From an uncultured Pseudomonadota bacterium (GTDB taxonomy: Bacteria > Myxococcota_A > Polyangia > Fen-1088): a DNA stretch of 64,000 nucleotides. Where the stretch lies: the NCBI GenBank assembly GCA_963847705.1, contig CAWKBC010000029.1:192001-256000 (forward strand), given 5' to 3'. The position numbers and the translations under genes are program-made. Positions 29,467-41,870 of this stretch are shown piece after piece (position 1 is the stretch's first letter; every line of letters begins with the position of its first letter). The notes under the pieces are model-generated. The model saw only the letters and a list, made by a program, of their open reading frames with translations, had not been told where the DNA came from and did not search any database.

Positions 29467-30158
29467 GCCACCGGCGGGGACACCGGAGTCGGGCTGGGCA
29501 TCGAGGCGCGCATGTGAAACGCCAGCTCCTGGTCTCGGTAGCGGTGCGCCGGGCCTCGCACGCAGGCGATTCGCGCCACGCACGACAGCCGGCAGGGCGC
29601 GGCGACCAGGCGGCGCGCGTGACAGGCGACGACGTCGAATCCCGCGCGCGCCACCGCGCCGGCCGGGCAAGCGGCGACGCAGGGAGCGTCGCACCCCGCG
29701 CATCCGTCGCCGGGCGGCGGCGCCGGCGGCAGCGCGCGATCGAGGACGACCAGCCCGCGGTAGGCCCACCAGGGCCCGAACGTGGGGTGAATCTGCAGCC
29801 CGAGCGGCCCCGGCCCGCCGAGACCGGCGGCGAGACCCAGGCGTTGAAACGGGATCAGCGGCCGCACGCCAAAGGGAAAGTGCACGACGTGGGCGGAGCC
29901 GCGCGGATCGAGCGCCTCGCGCGCGGCGCGGGTGACCACGCGCTCGGTGTAGCGGTCGAGCGGATGGGGCGCGCCGTCGCTGGCCTCGGGCCCACCCTCG
30001 AAGCGATCGAAGAACGTCGGCCCGCCCGAACCGACGATGAGCGCGCCGGCCGCGCCGGCCAGCAGCTCCTCGAGAGCGAGCGGCGCCGCGGCGACGTCGA
30101 ACGCCGCCCGCGTGAGCGGGAGAGAGATGTTCAGGCCCAGCTCGGCCAACGGACGCAC
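29463..30158 (-). CDS. MMACHC/QueG-like protein with ferredoxin-type Cys cluster (start uncertain)
   Basis: HPLDRYT, PFQRL, GLQIHPTFGPWWAYRG, CAGCDAPCVAACPAGA, further Cys. Confidence 0.65.
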   Translation of the reverse strand: MRPLAELGLNISLPLTRAAFDVAAAPLALEELLAGAAGALIVGSGGPTFFDRFEGGPEASDGAPHPLDRYTERVVTRAAREALDPRGSAHVVHFPFGVRPLIPFQRLGLAAGLGGPGPLGLQIHPTFGPWWAYRGLVVLDRALPPAPPPGDGCAGCDAPCVAACPAGAVARAGFDVVACHARRLVAAPCRLSCVARIACVRGPAHRYRDQELAFHMRASMPSPTPVSPPVA

Positions 30159-30220
30159 CAGCGCCGTCAGCAGATCGTCGGATGAACCGCTTTCCGACGT
30201 CTGCGACGTTTGACTCGCTC

Positions 30221-31924
<1,704 letters not shown>

Positions 31925-32083
31925 CAACGCCTCGATTCAGGGGGATCAGGCTGCAACGCTCCACGAAGAATTCCACGAAGCGATCACGCAGGGCGAAGGC
32001 CCCGCCGGGAACAATAGATGGGCCTGAGCAGGGCCCGAGATGGCCGGGAGAAAGGCAGGAGAAGGGCACTGGAAAAGGCCCCC

Positions 32084-32111
32084 ATTATATTGAGCTGGTG
32101 ACGGGGCGCAA
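32084..32111 (-). promoter_or_regulatory. Sigma70 promoter for the GltJ-like gene
   Basis: Minus strand TTGCGC-16 nt-TATAAT. Confidence 0.55.
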
Positions 32112-32168
32112 GCCAAGCCGCGCCTGTTTCCCAGCGAATTCCGAGCACTAACCGAGCTAAGCGACGAG

Positions 32169-33452
32169 CTAACTGGCGAAAGGATCTTTCGAGACCACCG
32201 TCTGCGAGCGCCCGGCGCCCCAGGAGGTGGCCCAGACCGGGATCCCGACCAGCTTGCTGACGCGCTCGACGAACGCGGCGGCGGCCGGAGGAACGGCGGT
32301 GCCGGACGCGCCGGAGGAGGTCTCCGGCCAGCCCTCGAGCTCCTCGAACACCGGCTCGGAGGCGGCGAGATCATCGAGGTCGACCGGCATCTCGTCCATC
32401 ATGTGTCCGTTCAGACGATAGCCGATGCAGAGCTTGACCCGGCCGAGCCCCGCCATGACGTCGAGCTTGGTCAGCGCCAGCGACTCGATGCCGGAGAGCC
32501 GCACGGCCAGCCGGACGGCCGGGATGTCGAGCCAACCGCACCGCCGCGGGCGCCCGGTCACCGAGCCGAACTCGTTCCCGCGCTTGCGGAGGAGATCGCC
32601 GATCTCCTCGTTGAGCTCGGTCGGGAACGGCCCGTCGCCGACGCGCGTGGTGTAGCCCTTGGCGACGCCGAGCACGGTGTCGATCTGGGTGGGACCGATG
32701 CCGAGCGCGGCGCAGGCCCCACCGGCGGTGGTCGAGGAGGAGGTAACGAAGGGATAGGTCCCATGGTCGAGGTCGAGCAGAACGCCCTGGGCCCCCTCGA
32801 AGAGGACGTGATCGCCGCGGACCACGGCGGCATGCACGGTGCGCGAAGCGTCGCCCACGAACGGTCGAATCTCCTCGGCCAGCTCCATGTACCTGGCGGT
32901 GATCTCCGCGGCGACCGGCAGCGCGCCGCCGAGCTGGCGGACATAGGGCCCGATGGCCGCGATGTGCCGGTCGAGCCGCGCGCGGAAGCGCTCCGGCCGG
33001 AACAGGTCGCCGATGCGCAGGCCGATGCGGGCCGCCTTGCTCTCGTAGGTCGGCCCGATCCCCTTCTTGGTGGTCCCGATGCTGCCCGGGCCCTCCTCAC
33101 GCAGCCGATCGATCTCCAGGTGGTGCGGCAACGTCAGGTGCGCGCGGGCGGCGACCACCAGATCCTTGTCGCTCTTGATGAAGCCATGCCCGCGGAAGGT
33201 CCGGATCTCGTCGACCAGCACGGCGGGATCGATCACCATCCCCTCGCCGAGGACGCAGGTGACGCCGTCCCGCAGGATCCCCGACGGGATCAGGCGGGTG
33301 ACGTACTTCGTTCCGTCGACCACCAGCGTGTGTCCGGCGTTGGCGCCGCCGGCCCAGCGGACCACGAAGCGCGCCTTCTCGGTCAGGAGGTCGACGATCT
33401 TCCCCTTGCCCTCGTCGCCCCACTGGACGCCGACGACGATTACGACTGCCAT
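32169..33452 (-). CDS. purA: Adenylosuccinate synthetase
   Basis: VGVQWGDEGKGK, GGANAGHT, IGTTKKGIGP, EGAQG, TGRPRRCGWLD. Confidence 0.98.
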   Translation of the reverse strand: MAVVIVVGVQWGDEGKGKIVDLLTEKARFVVRWAGGANAGHTLVVDGTKYVTRLIPSGILRDGVTCVLGEGMVIDPAVLVDEIRTFRGHGFIKSDKDLVVAARAHLTLPHHLEIDRLREEGPGSIGTTKKGIGPTYESKAARIGLRIGDLFRPERFRARLDRHIAAIGPYVRQLGGALPVAAEITARYMELAEEIRPFVGDASRTVHAAVVRGDHVLFEGAQGVLLDLDHGTYPFVTSSSTTAGGACAALGIGPTQIDTVLGVAKGYTTRVGDGPFPTELNEEIGDLLRKRGNEFGSVTGRPRRCGWLDIPAVRLAVRLSGIESLALTKLDVMAGLGRVKLCIGYRLNGHMMDEMPVDLDDLAASEPVFEELEGWPETSSGASGTAVPPAAAAFVERVSKLVGIPVWATSWGAGRSQTVVSKDPFAS

Positions 33453-34516
33453 GATTGTTTGGTCCTCTTTGAAGGTGAAACGCGGCTCTCCATCGCGACG
33501 GCGACCGCCTCGACGTCGACGGCGAAGCCAACCGCGGGGCTCGGCCGGCCGTAGCGGGCGAGCAGATCGTCGTAGCGTCCGCCGCGCAGGACGGCGTCGG
33601 GCGCTCCGTCGACGAACGCCTGAAACCGCACGCCGGTGTAGTAGTCGAACCCCCGCACCTCGCCGAGGTCGACATGCAGCCGCGCGTCGATCCCGCGCGC
33701 CTCGACCGCGCGCACGATCGCCGCCAGCTCCCCGAGCGCGTGCTTGATCCCGGCGGTCGGCGCTCGCTTGACGGCGGCCGCCAGCAGATCAGGCGAGCCG
33801 GACAGCGTGGGAAGACGACGGGCGAAGTCGACGGCGGGCCTGGCGCCACGGGCCGCGCGCAGCACCAGCTCCAGCCCGGCGCCATCGCGTTTGGCGATGC
33901 GCCGCCGCGCCTCCTCCAGCGCCGGCTCCGGAAGCGCCAGCGAGGCGAGCACCTCGCGCGCGAGCCCGAGATGGCCGAGATCGATCGTCGGACGCGGCAA
34001 ACCAACAGCCGCCAGCGCCTCGACCGCCAGCGCGATCAGCTCGGCGTCACCGTCGGGACCGGCCAGGCCGGCCAGCTCGACGCCCGCCTGAGACAGCTCG
34101 CGCTGGCCGCGGGCCGCGCGATCGAGCCGCACCACCGTTCCTTCGTAGCAGAGGCGCACGGGCCCCTTGTGATCTCGAAAGCGGGTGGCGATGAGACGGG
34201 CGATCTGCGGCGTGATGTCGGGTCGCAGCGCCACCACCTGCCCCGAGCTCGGCTCGACGAAGCGGACGGTCACCGCGCGGGCCGCGGCGCCGAGCCCGAG
34301 CGCCAGCACCTCTTCGTACTCGAAGGCCGGCGTGATGACCCGCTCGAAGCCGGCGCGATCGAACTCCGCCAGCAGCGTCTCGATGACCCGGAGGCGCGCC
34401 GCCGCCGCCACCGGCGCGTGGTCGCGCATCCCGGTGGGGAGCCTGAGGGTCGGCGGCTGCGCGGCGCGCGGCGCAGAGTCAGTCGCAAGGGCGCCGCGCG
34501 GCGCGCGCTTCACCAC
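33440..34516 (-). CDS. hisZ: ATP phosphoribosyltransferase regulatory subunit
   Basis: LPTGMRD, LRPDITPQIAR, QAGVEL, FDYYTG, GGRYD, PAVGF; adjacent to purA. Confidence 0.92.
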   Translation of the reverse strand: MVKRAPRGALATDSAPRAAQPPTLRLPTGMRDHAPVAAAARLRVIETLLAEFDRAGFERVITPAFEYEEVLALGLGAAARAVTVRFVEPSSGQVVALRPDITPQIARLIATRFRDHKGPVRLCYEGTVVRLDRAARGQRELSQAGVELAGLAGPDGDAELIALAVEALAAVGLPRPTIDLGHLGLAREVLASLALPEPALEEARRRIAKRDGAGLELVLRAARGARPAVDFARRLPTLSGSPDLLAAAVKRAPTAGIKHALGELAAIVRAVEARGIDARLHVDLGEVRGFDYYTGVRFQAFVDGAPDAVLRGGRYDDLLARYGRPSPAVGFAVDVEAVAVAMESRVSPSKRTKQSWQS

Positions 34517-34520
34517 GGAC

Positions 34521-35462
34521 TTACTTGACCGCGTTGCGGACGACGCCGTCCTTGAGGAAGCCGACGAACACCTCGGCCATCTCGATCGCCACCTTCTCCT
34601 GCGCCTCCTTGGTCGAGGCCCCCAGGTGCGGGACGGCGATCAGGTTCTCTTCGGCGAAGAGCGGTGACGGATCGGGCGGCTCCTTGGCGAACACGTCCAG
34701 CGCCGCGCCGCCCAGCTGGCCGGACTTGAGCGCCTCCAGCACCGCGTTCTCGTCGACGATGCCGCCGCGCGCGCAGTTGATGAGGCAGGCGCCCTTCTTC
34801 ATCTTGGCGATGGTGGCCGCGCTGAAGAGCCCCTTGGTCTCGGCCGTGGCCGGGACGTGCAGCGTGATGTAGTCCGACTGCGCGATGAGCTCGTCGAGCG
34901 TGACCTGCTTGACGCCGGCCGGGAGCTCCTTGGGAGGGAACGGGTCGTAGCCGATCACGTTCATCTTGAGGCCGACGGCGCGCTCGGCCGCCTGGCGCCC
35001 GATGTTGCCCAGGCCGATCACGCCCAGCGTCTTGCCGGCGATCTCGGTTCCCATGTACTTCTTCTTCTCCCAGATCCCCTGCTTCATGCTGGCCGCCGCC
35101 TGCGGGATCTTCCGCGCCAGCGCGAACATGAGGCCGATGGCCAGCTCGGCGGCCGCCGCCGCGTTCCCCTGCGGCGTGTTGATGACGAGGACGCCCTTCT
35201 CGGTGGCGGCCTTGACGTCGATGTTGTCGACGCCCACGCCGGCGCGGCCGATGATCTTGAGCTTGCCCGGGCTCGCCAGGGTGGCGGCCGTGATCTTGCT
35301 GGCCGAGCGGATACCGATGGCGTGGTACTCGCCGATCACCGCGGCCAGCTCCTCCGGCTTCATGCCGGTCTTGACCTCGACGGTGAACCCCGCCTTGTTG
35401 AGAACTTCGACCGCCTTTTTGGACATGTCGTCGGCGATGAGGACCTTGATTGGCTCGGCCAT
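34521..35462 (-). CDS. serA: D-3-phosphoglycerate dehydrogenase (short form, no ACT domain)
   Basis: GRAGVGVDNID, GLGNIG, INCARGG, PHLGASTKEAQ; 313 aa. Confidence 0.85.
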   Translation of the reverse strand: MAEPIKVLIADDMSKKAVEVLNKAGFTVEVKTGMKPEELAAVIGEYHAIGIRSASKITAATLASPGKLKIIGRAGVGVDNIDVKAATEKGVLVINTPQGNAAAAAELAIGLMFALARKIPQAAASMKQGIWEKKKYMGTEIAGKTLGVIGLGNIGRQAAERAVGLKMNVIGYDPFPPKELPAGVKQVTLDELIAQSDYITLHVPATAETKGLFSAATIAKMKKGACLINCARGGIVDENAVLEALKSGQLGGAALDVFAKEPPDPSPLFAEENLIAVPHLGASTKEAQEKVAIEMAEVFVGFLKDGVVRNAVK

Positions 35463-35505
35463 GACTGTTGCTCCTGTGTGGACGTGCGGGTGGGTGAGAT
35501 GAAAA

Positions 35506-36651
35506 TCAGTCGCGTCGGGTCTCGGCGAACGTCGCCTGCGCGGCGGCGACGCCCGCTCCCGGCCGAATGCCGAAGCCGAGATCGGAGAGCGTCATCTCGA
35601 GGCCCGAGATGGCGGTGATGATGTCGAACTGGCTGTAGAAGCCGACGTGCGCGATGCGCACGATCTTCCCCTTCAGGTGATCCTGCCCGCCGGCGATGGT
35701 GATCCCGTAGCGCGACCGCATCTGAATGATGATCGCCGTCCCGTCGATGCCTTGGGGGACGCGAAACGCGGTGACCGAGTTGACCGGTGACGAGGAGAAG
35801 AGATCCAGCCCCAGGCCGCCCGCCGCGGCGCGCGTCGCCTTGGCCAGCCGCTCGTGGCGGTTGAACACGCCGTCCAGCGTCTCTTCCTTCAACATCCGCA
35901 GCGACTCGCGCAGGCCGACGACCAGCGAGACGGCCGGCGTGAAGGCGGTCTCCCCCTTCTCCTGCGCTTTTCGCTCCCGCGCCAGGTCCAGGTAGAACCG
36001 CGGCAGCTTGGCGCGCTCGCTCGCCTTCCAGGCCTTGTCGGAGACGCTGATCCCTGCCAGCCCCGGCGGGAGCATCAGCCCCTTCTGCGAGCCCACCGAC
36101 ACCACGTCCAGCCCCCACTTGTCGACCGGGACGTCGTAGACGCCGATCGCGGTGATGGCGTCGACACACAAGATGATGTCGTCGTGCGCCCGCACCACCT
36201 TGGCGATCGCCTCGATGTCGTGCTTGGTGGCGGTCGAGGTCTCGCAGGCGGTGGCGTAGACCGCGCGCACGCCGGGGTTCTTGTCGATCGCCTCGGCCAC
36301 CGCCTTGGCCTCGACGCTCTTCCCCCACTCGACGTCGACGTAGACGCAGGTGATGCCGTAGGCCTCGCAGATCTTCCCCCAGCGCTCACCGAACTTGCCG
36401 CCCCGGATGACCACCGCCTTGTCGCCAGGGCTCAAGAAGTTGCAAACCGAGGCGTCCATGGCGATGGTGCCCGAGCCGCTGAGCAAGATCGGCAACTGCT
36501 TGGTCTGCATCAGCCACTTCAACCCCTCCTGCACCTCGCGCAGGCACTCGGTGAAGGCGGGCGCCCGGTGGTAGAGCATCGGCCGGGCCATGGCCAGGAG
36601 GACCCGCTCGGGAACGGGGGTCGGGCCGGCGGTGAGGAGATACTCCTTCAT
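35506..36651 (-). CDS. Class V PLP aminotransferase (alanine-glyoxylate/serine-pyruvate type; possibly phosphoserine aminotransferase role)
   Basis: TAGPTPVP, GKFGERW, ETST, VDAIT, GSQKGLMLPPG; directly upstream of serA. Confidence 0.9.
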   Translation of the reverse strand: MKEYLLTAGPTPVPERVLLAMARPMLYHRAPAFTECLREVQEGLKWLMQTKQLPILLSGSGTIAMDASVCNFLSPGDKAVVIRGGKFGERWGKICEAYGITCVYVDVEWGKSVEAKAVAEAIDKNPGVRAVYATACETSTATKHDIEAIAKVVRAHDDIILCVDAITAIGVYDVPVDKWGLDVVSVGSQKGLMLPPGLAGISVSDKAWKASERAKLPRFYLDLARERKAQEKGETAFTPAVSLVVGLRESLRMLKEETLDGVFNRHERLAKATRAAAGGLGLDLFSSSPVNSVTAFRVPQGIDGTAIIIQMRSRYGITIAGGQDHLKGKIVRIAHVGFYSQFDIITAISGLEMTLSDLGFGIRPGAGVAAAQATFAETRRD

Positions 36652-36734
36652 GGTGCTTCTATTGTGCCTTTTGGGCGCCTTTGGGGTGTGGCGGCGGCCC
36701 GAGTTCTAATACAACTTGACCAGCAGATCCACCG

Positions 36735-38694
36735 ATGTCCCTCGCCCAATTCGCTGACGCCAGCTTCGGTTATCCCGGCAACGACATCCTCGTCGGCGCC
36801 TCGCTGCTGATCCGTCCCGGCGATCGGCTGGCGCTCCTGGGACCGAATGGCACCGGCAAGTCGACGGCGCTGCGGCTCCTGGCCGGAGATCTCGGAGGCC
36901 GACAGCGGCGACGTGCGCGTGCTCGGCCGCACCTCGGTGGCCTACCTGCGCCAGTCGCAGGAGCTGGGGGGCGGCGGCACGCTGCTCGAGGCGCTGCTCG
37001 AGCCGTTCGCCGATCTGCAGAAGCTGCACGACGAGATGGCCGCCCTGGAGGCGCGCCTGGCCGACGGCAAGGCCGACGAGCTGGCCCGCTACGGCGAGCT
37101 GCAGGAGCGCTACCAGCGCGGCGGCGGCTACGAGCTCGAGGGGCGGGTGAAGCGGCTCACCGCCGACGTCGGGTTCACGGAGAGCGATCTGGCCCGGGCG
37201 GTCGACACGCTCTCGGGCGGCGAGCGCGGGCGGCTGGAGCTGGCCAAGGTGCTGGTGCGCCAGCCCGACCTGCTCTTGATGGACGAGCCGACCAACCACC
37301 TCGACCTCGCCGCCATCGAGCGGCTGGAGGCCTACCTCGCCGAGTACGAGGGGGCGTTCGTGCTGGTCTCACACGATCGGGCCTTCATCCGCGCGGTCTG
37401 CAACGAGATCGTCGAGCTGGAGAACGGCAAGCTGACGCGCTACCCCTACCGCTACGACAAGTACGTCGTCGAGCGCGCCGCCCGGATCGAGCGGGCCCAG
37501 GCCGAGTATGAACGGCAGAAGGAGCACGTCGACAAGACCGAGGACTTCATTCGCCGCAACCTGGCCGGGCAGAAGACCAAGCAGGCGCAGAGCCGCCGCA
37601 AGATGCTGGAGAAGCTGGAGCGCCTCGAGCGCCCCGACGACCAGTGGGAGCACGCCGGCAAGATCGGGCTCTCCTTCTCGACCGGCGGCGATCTCGGCGG
37701 CAAGGAGATCATCCGCGCACCCAACCTGACGGTCGGCTACCCGGGCGCGAAGATCCTCGACGGCGTGACGGTGAACGTCTACCGCGGCGACAAGTTGGGC
37801 GTCGTCGGTCCCAACGGCAGCGGCAAGTCGACGCTCTTGAAGACGCTGATCGGCGAGCTGGCGCCGCTCGACGGCAAGGTCGAGTTCGGCAGCGGGGTCC
37901 GCATCGGCTACTTCGATCAGAAGCTGGGGACGCTCGACGAGCAGCTGACGCTGACCGAGGAGATCCGCTCGGTGCGCGCCGATCTGTCGCCCGAGGCGGT
38001 CCGGCAGTACCTGGCCAAGTTTCGCTTCTTCGGCGACGACCCCTTCCGCCTGGTGCGCGGACTTTCAGGCGGCGAGCGCAGCCGGCTGGCGATGGCGAAG
38101 ATCATGCTCTTCCCGCGCAACGTGCTGGTGCTCGACGAGCCGACCAACCACCTCGACATCCCGGCGCGCGAAACGCTGGAAGACGCGCTCGGTGCCTACG
38201 AAGGAACCCTGATCACCGTCAGCCACGATCGCTACTTCCTCGACCGCATCTGCACCCGCCTCCTGGTCATCGAGGGGACGCACGTCGAAGCACATGTCGG
38301 CAACTACAGCGACTGGCGCGAACGGTCGTCCTCGGTGAACGTCAAGGCGGCCCCGGCCGTGGCGAAGCCCGAGCCGTCGAGACCGGCGCCCAAGCCGGCC
38401 GAAAAGCCGCTCTCGGCCGCCAACGCGACACGCGACGGCGACAAGCGGCGCGAACGCGAGCAGCGCCGGCTGGCGCGGCGCGTGGAGACACTGGAGGCGG
38501 ATGTGAGCAAGCTGGAAACAGAGCTGGCGGCCGTCCGCGCCGATCTGGTCGGCGATCACGCCGGCGACTGGCAAAAGTTGCACGCTCTGGCCGAGCGCGA
38601 GCGCGAGCTCGACACCCTGCTCGCCCGCCGGATCACCGAGTGGGAAGCCGCCAGCGCCGCCGCGCTCAATCCGGATCCGAATTCTTCCGATTGA
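36735..38694 (+). pseudogene. ABC-F family ribosome-associated ATPase (Uup/YheS-like) with a 1-nt insertion near 36893
   Basis: Walker A GPNGTGKS is in the frame starting at 36735; the rest (LSGGE, DEPTNHLD x2, second Walker A, C-terminal coiled coil) is in the +1 frame. Confidence 0.85.
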
Positions 38695-38826
38695 CGATCC
38701 GGAAACCTTCAGACGATTGCGAACCTGCAGTCGGACGCTGGTTTCATCACCGCAGCATTGCATCACTCTCCTTGGGTCCTACTTTGATCGTGTAAACTTG
38801 GGGGGTTCTCTCCGGGAGGTATCCGG

Positions 38827-39951
38827 ATGCGGTTCGTTGGTTTTGCTTTGTGCGTGTTCGCGGTCGCCACGGGCGGCTGCGCGACACATCCGGCGCCGCC
38901 CGTGAACGCTCCCGCCTTGGCGGCCAGCCAAACGACGGCGGCGGGTCCGGCCGGCCAGATCTCCGGCGTCTGGGACGCGCTCAGCCGGACGACGATCGGT
39001 CAAGGGATCGGCGCGGGTGACACCCGCATCGAAAAACAGGAGTGGCACCTCTCCCAGGCGGGGAGCGCGATCAGTGGCTACTACATCACGGCGCTGACCT
39101 TCGTATCGGGCGACGGCCGCCCTTACATGTGCAACCGGCTGCCGCAGTTTTCGGCGACCCAGCGGTTCAACGTCGCGGGCGAGGTGCGTGGCGGGCAGAT
39201 CGAGATCGAGGAGAAAGAGCAGCGGGCCACCGAGAAAGGAAACCGCTGCGACCCCGGCCAGAAGCGCCTGGCGCGCTACAGCGGCCGGCTGGAAGGCGAT
39301 GTGATGACATTGATGAGCGGCGCGCAGCGCCAGACTCTGTATCGAATCCACCATCCCGAAGAGAACGCAGAAGAGAACGCAGAAGAGAACGCCGGACGGA
39401 CCACCGAACCTGCGGGAGAGGCCGGACCACCGCTCGCCGAGGCCAGCGAGCCGGGCGCCGCGCCTGCGCCGGTGTCACAGGATCCGCGCTTTCCGGATCA
39501 CGCGGCCGCCCCTGCCTCGGCCATGAGCTCTCTTCCCCCTGCTGACGTGAGCGGCATGTGGGTCTGGGAGCACAGCGGCGTCGTCCCCGGCGGTGACCAG
39601 AAGCAGGAGCGCGAGGAGTGGCACGTCACCCAGGACGGGTCGAAGCTGACCGGCTACTACGATCGCGTCGTCCACCAGGTCTCCTCCGACGGGCAGGCCT
39701 ACCGCTGCAGCATGGCGCTCGATTTCCAGATCGTCACCCGCTACCAGTTTCGCGGCGAGGTGGAGGGGAGCAAGATCATGATCTACGAGAGCTCGTTCGA
39801 GGTGCTGAACCCCAACGCCTGCGACAACGGCAAGCGCCGCCTCGACGCCTACGAGGGACAGGCGGCCGCGGACGAGCTGCGTCTCGTCTGGGGCATCGGC
39901 GGCCAGGTTCTCCGGCGCCCCCGCCCCGACGTCCCGACTCAGAGATTCTGA
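38827..39951 (+). CDS. Lipoprotein with two tandem homologous beta-rich domains
   Basis: TGGC lipobox; SG.W..EWH..Q.GS...GYY....S.DG..Y.C....C D.G..RL..Y.G occurs twice; EENA x3 in the linker. Confidence 0.75.
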   Translation: MRFVGFALCVFAVATGGCATHPAPPVNAPALAASQTTAAGPAGQISGVWDALSRTTIGQGIGAGDTRIEKQEWHLSQAGSAISGYYITALTFVSGDGRPYMCNRLPQFSATQRFNVAGEVRGGQIEIEEKEQRATEKGNRCDPGQKRLARYSGRLEGDVMTLMSGAQRQTLYRIHHPEENAEENAEENAGRTTEPAGEAGPPLAEASEPGAAPAPVSQDPRFPDHAAAPASAMSSLPPADVSGMWVWEHSGVVPGGDQKQEREEWHVTQDGSKLTGYYDRVVHQVSSDGQAYRCSMALDFQIVTRYQFRGEVEGSKIMIYESSFEVLNPNACDNGKRRLDAYEGQAAADELRLVWGIGGQVLRRPRPDVPTQRF

Positions 39952-39966
39952 GCGGGGCCAGCCCGG

Positions 39967-41667
39967 CTAGCCCTTGCTGGCCTTCAGCTCTTTGTCGATG
40001 GCGGCCTTGAAGGACTCGAACGGCTGGGCGCCGACGAGGCGGGTGCCGTTGATGAAGAAGGTCGGCGTGCCGGTGACGCCGAAGGCGGCGCCTTCCTTGT
40101 CCTCGGCGTCGACCTTGTCCTTGAACTTGCCCGAGTCGAGCGCGGCCTTGAACTTGCCCATGTCGAGGCCGAGCTCTTCCGCGTACTTCTCCAGCGATGG
40201 CCGGTCGAGCGCCTGCTGGTTGGCGAAGAGCTTGTCGTGCATCTGCCAGAACTTCCCCTGCTCGTTGGCGGCCAGCGCCGCCTCGGCCGCCAGGTGGGCC
40301 TTGTCGTGGAACGGCAACGGGAACTGCTTGAAGGCGATGCGGATCTTTCCTTTGTAGGCGTCCTCGATCTGCCGCACCGTCGGGACCGCCCGGCTGCAGA
40401 ACGGGCACTGGAAGTCGCTCCAGGCCACCAGCGTGACGGGCGCCGAGGCGGGCCCTTTGACCGGAGCGTCTCCCACGTGGACGTCGAACTTCCCGCCCTG
40501 ATCGTCGGGCGCGCCGGCCGGCGACGGCGCGGGCGGTGCGGCCAGCGCCGCCGTCTCCATCCGCTTGGTGTAGACGTCCTTGAGCGGCGTCCCTTTCTTG
40601 ATGAGCACGTCCGCCTCCTTGATCTCGTCGTCGATGATCTTCTCGAAGGCATCGGCCGGCTGGGCGCCCACCAGCTGCCGCCCGTTGATGAAGAACGTGG
40701 GCGTCCCGTTGGCGCCGGCGGCGGTGCCGATCTTCATGTCCTCCGACACCTCGTCCTTGATCTTCGGATCGTCCCAGTCCTTCTTCCACCTGGCGACGTT
40801 GAGCCCCACGTCGCCCGCGTACTTCTCGATGTCGGCGCGGGTGAGCGCGGTGTTGTTCTCGTACATCTTGTCGTGAAGCTTCCAGGCCTTGTCGGCCCCC
40901 TGCCGCGCAGCCGCCTGGAACGCCGTGGCGGCGTCCATGGCGTGCTCGTGGAACGGCAGCGGCTGGTTCATCCAGACCAGCGCCAGATCCTTGCCGTACT
41001 TGTCGAGGACCGTCTTCACCGTCGGCTCGGCGCGCTTGCAGAACGGGCACTGGAAGTCGCTGAACTCGACCATCGTCACCTTGGTCGCCTTGGCGCCGCG
41101 CCGCTGATCGTGGGAGAAGGGAACGATCTTCTTCGAGCCGGTGTCAGGCGCCGCGCCACCGCTCGGCGCCGCGCCGCCCGTCGGCTTCTGCTTGTCGTCG
41201 ATGGCCGCCAGGATCGGGCCCAGCCCCTTGCCCTGCTTGGCCATGTCGATGGCCAGGCGGGCCAGGTTGGGGCTGCGCGGACAGTTGGGGTCCTTCTTCA
41301 AGCAGCCGGCGATCTTCCCCATCCCGCAGCCGCACTCACAGTCGCGCTCGTTGAGCGCCTGCAGCGCCGTCACCTTCTGCTGCGGCGTGAGCCCGTCGAA
41401 GCTGACGCCGGTCACCGAGGCCAGGTCGGCCGACTTGGTCCAACCGTCCGGGAACTCGCTCTCCGACTGATAAATCTTGGCGGGCATCTTGGTGCCCGCC
41501 GGAACCGTCTCGCTGGGCTTGTCGGATGCGGAGTCGGCCGACGCGCCGCCGCTCGCGCCGTGATTGCCCGTCTCGCGTCCGACCAAAAAGCCGACGGCCA
41601 GCCCCGTCACCAGGGGCCAGATGGCCGCGGTCCAGGCAGGCCGCGGCGAATTCGTTTCTTGCGCCAT
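39967..41667 (-). CDS. DsbA-family oxidoreductase with two thioredoxin domains
   Basis: Two SDFQCPFC...PLPFH...GTPTFFING units; N-terminal TM and CECGC..C..C cluster. Confidence 0.92.
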   Translation of the reverse strand: MAQETNSPRPAWTAAIWPLVTGLAVGFLVGRETGNHGASGGASADSASDKPSETVPAGTKMPAKIYQSESEFPDGWTKSADLASVTGVSFDGLTPQQKVTALQALNERDCECGCGMGKIAGCLKKDPNCPRSPNLARLAIDMAKQGKGLGPILAAIDDKQKPTGGAAPSGGAAPDTGSKKIVPFSHDQRRGAKATKVTMVEFSDFQCPFCKRAEPTVKTVLDKYGKDLALVWMNQPLPFHEHAMDAATAFQAAARQGADKAWKLHDKMYENNTALTRADIEKYAGDVGLNVARWKKDWDDPKIKDEVSEDMKIGTAAGANGTPTFFINGRQLVGAQPADAFEKIIDDEIKEADVLIKKGTPLKDVYTKRMETAALAAPPAPSPAGAPDDQGGKFDVHVGDAPVKGPASAPVTLVAWSDFQCPFCSRAVPTVRQIEDAYKGKIRIAFKQFPLPFHDKAHLAAEAALAANEQGKFWQMHDKLFANQQALDRPSLEKYAEELGLDMGKFKAALDSGKFKDKVDAEDKEGAAFGVTGTPTFFINGTRLVGAQPFESFKAAIDKELKASKG

Positions 41668-41690
41668 GGCGGCGCTTATAGCACGCGACC

Positions 41691-41870
41691 CTATTCGTCT
41701 TCGTCGTGGCGCGCGCCCGCGCGCTTGCCGCCGCCGTCGAAGTCGAGCTCGCTGGCGAACATGTCATCGATCATCGAGTCGACGGACTCGAAGTAACCGT
41801 CGCGGCGAAGCTCCTCGCGCTCGAACTCCTCGAAGGTCTGATAGGTCCTCTGGTCGACGAATCGGCTCAT
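41691..41870 (-). CDS. Small acidic hypothetical protein (59 aa)
   Basis: AAGGAG RBS upstream; GC3-biased codons; MSRFVDQRTYQTFEEFEREELRR. Confidence 0.7.
   Translation of the reverse strand: MSRFVDQRTYQTFEEFEREELRRDGYFESVDSMIDDMFASELDFDGGGKRAGARHDEDE

Noticed and set aside
32169-36651. Aminotransferase-serA-hisZ-purA as a novel operon
   Set aside because: Familiar housekeeping arrangement
40465-40485. parS site (CCACGTGG core)
   Set aside because: Flanks do not match GTT..AAC and it lies within dsbA
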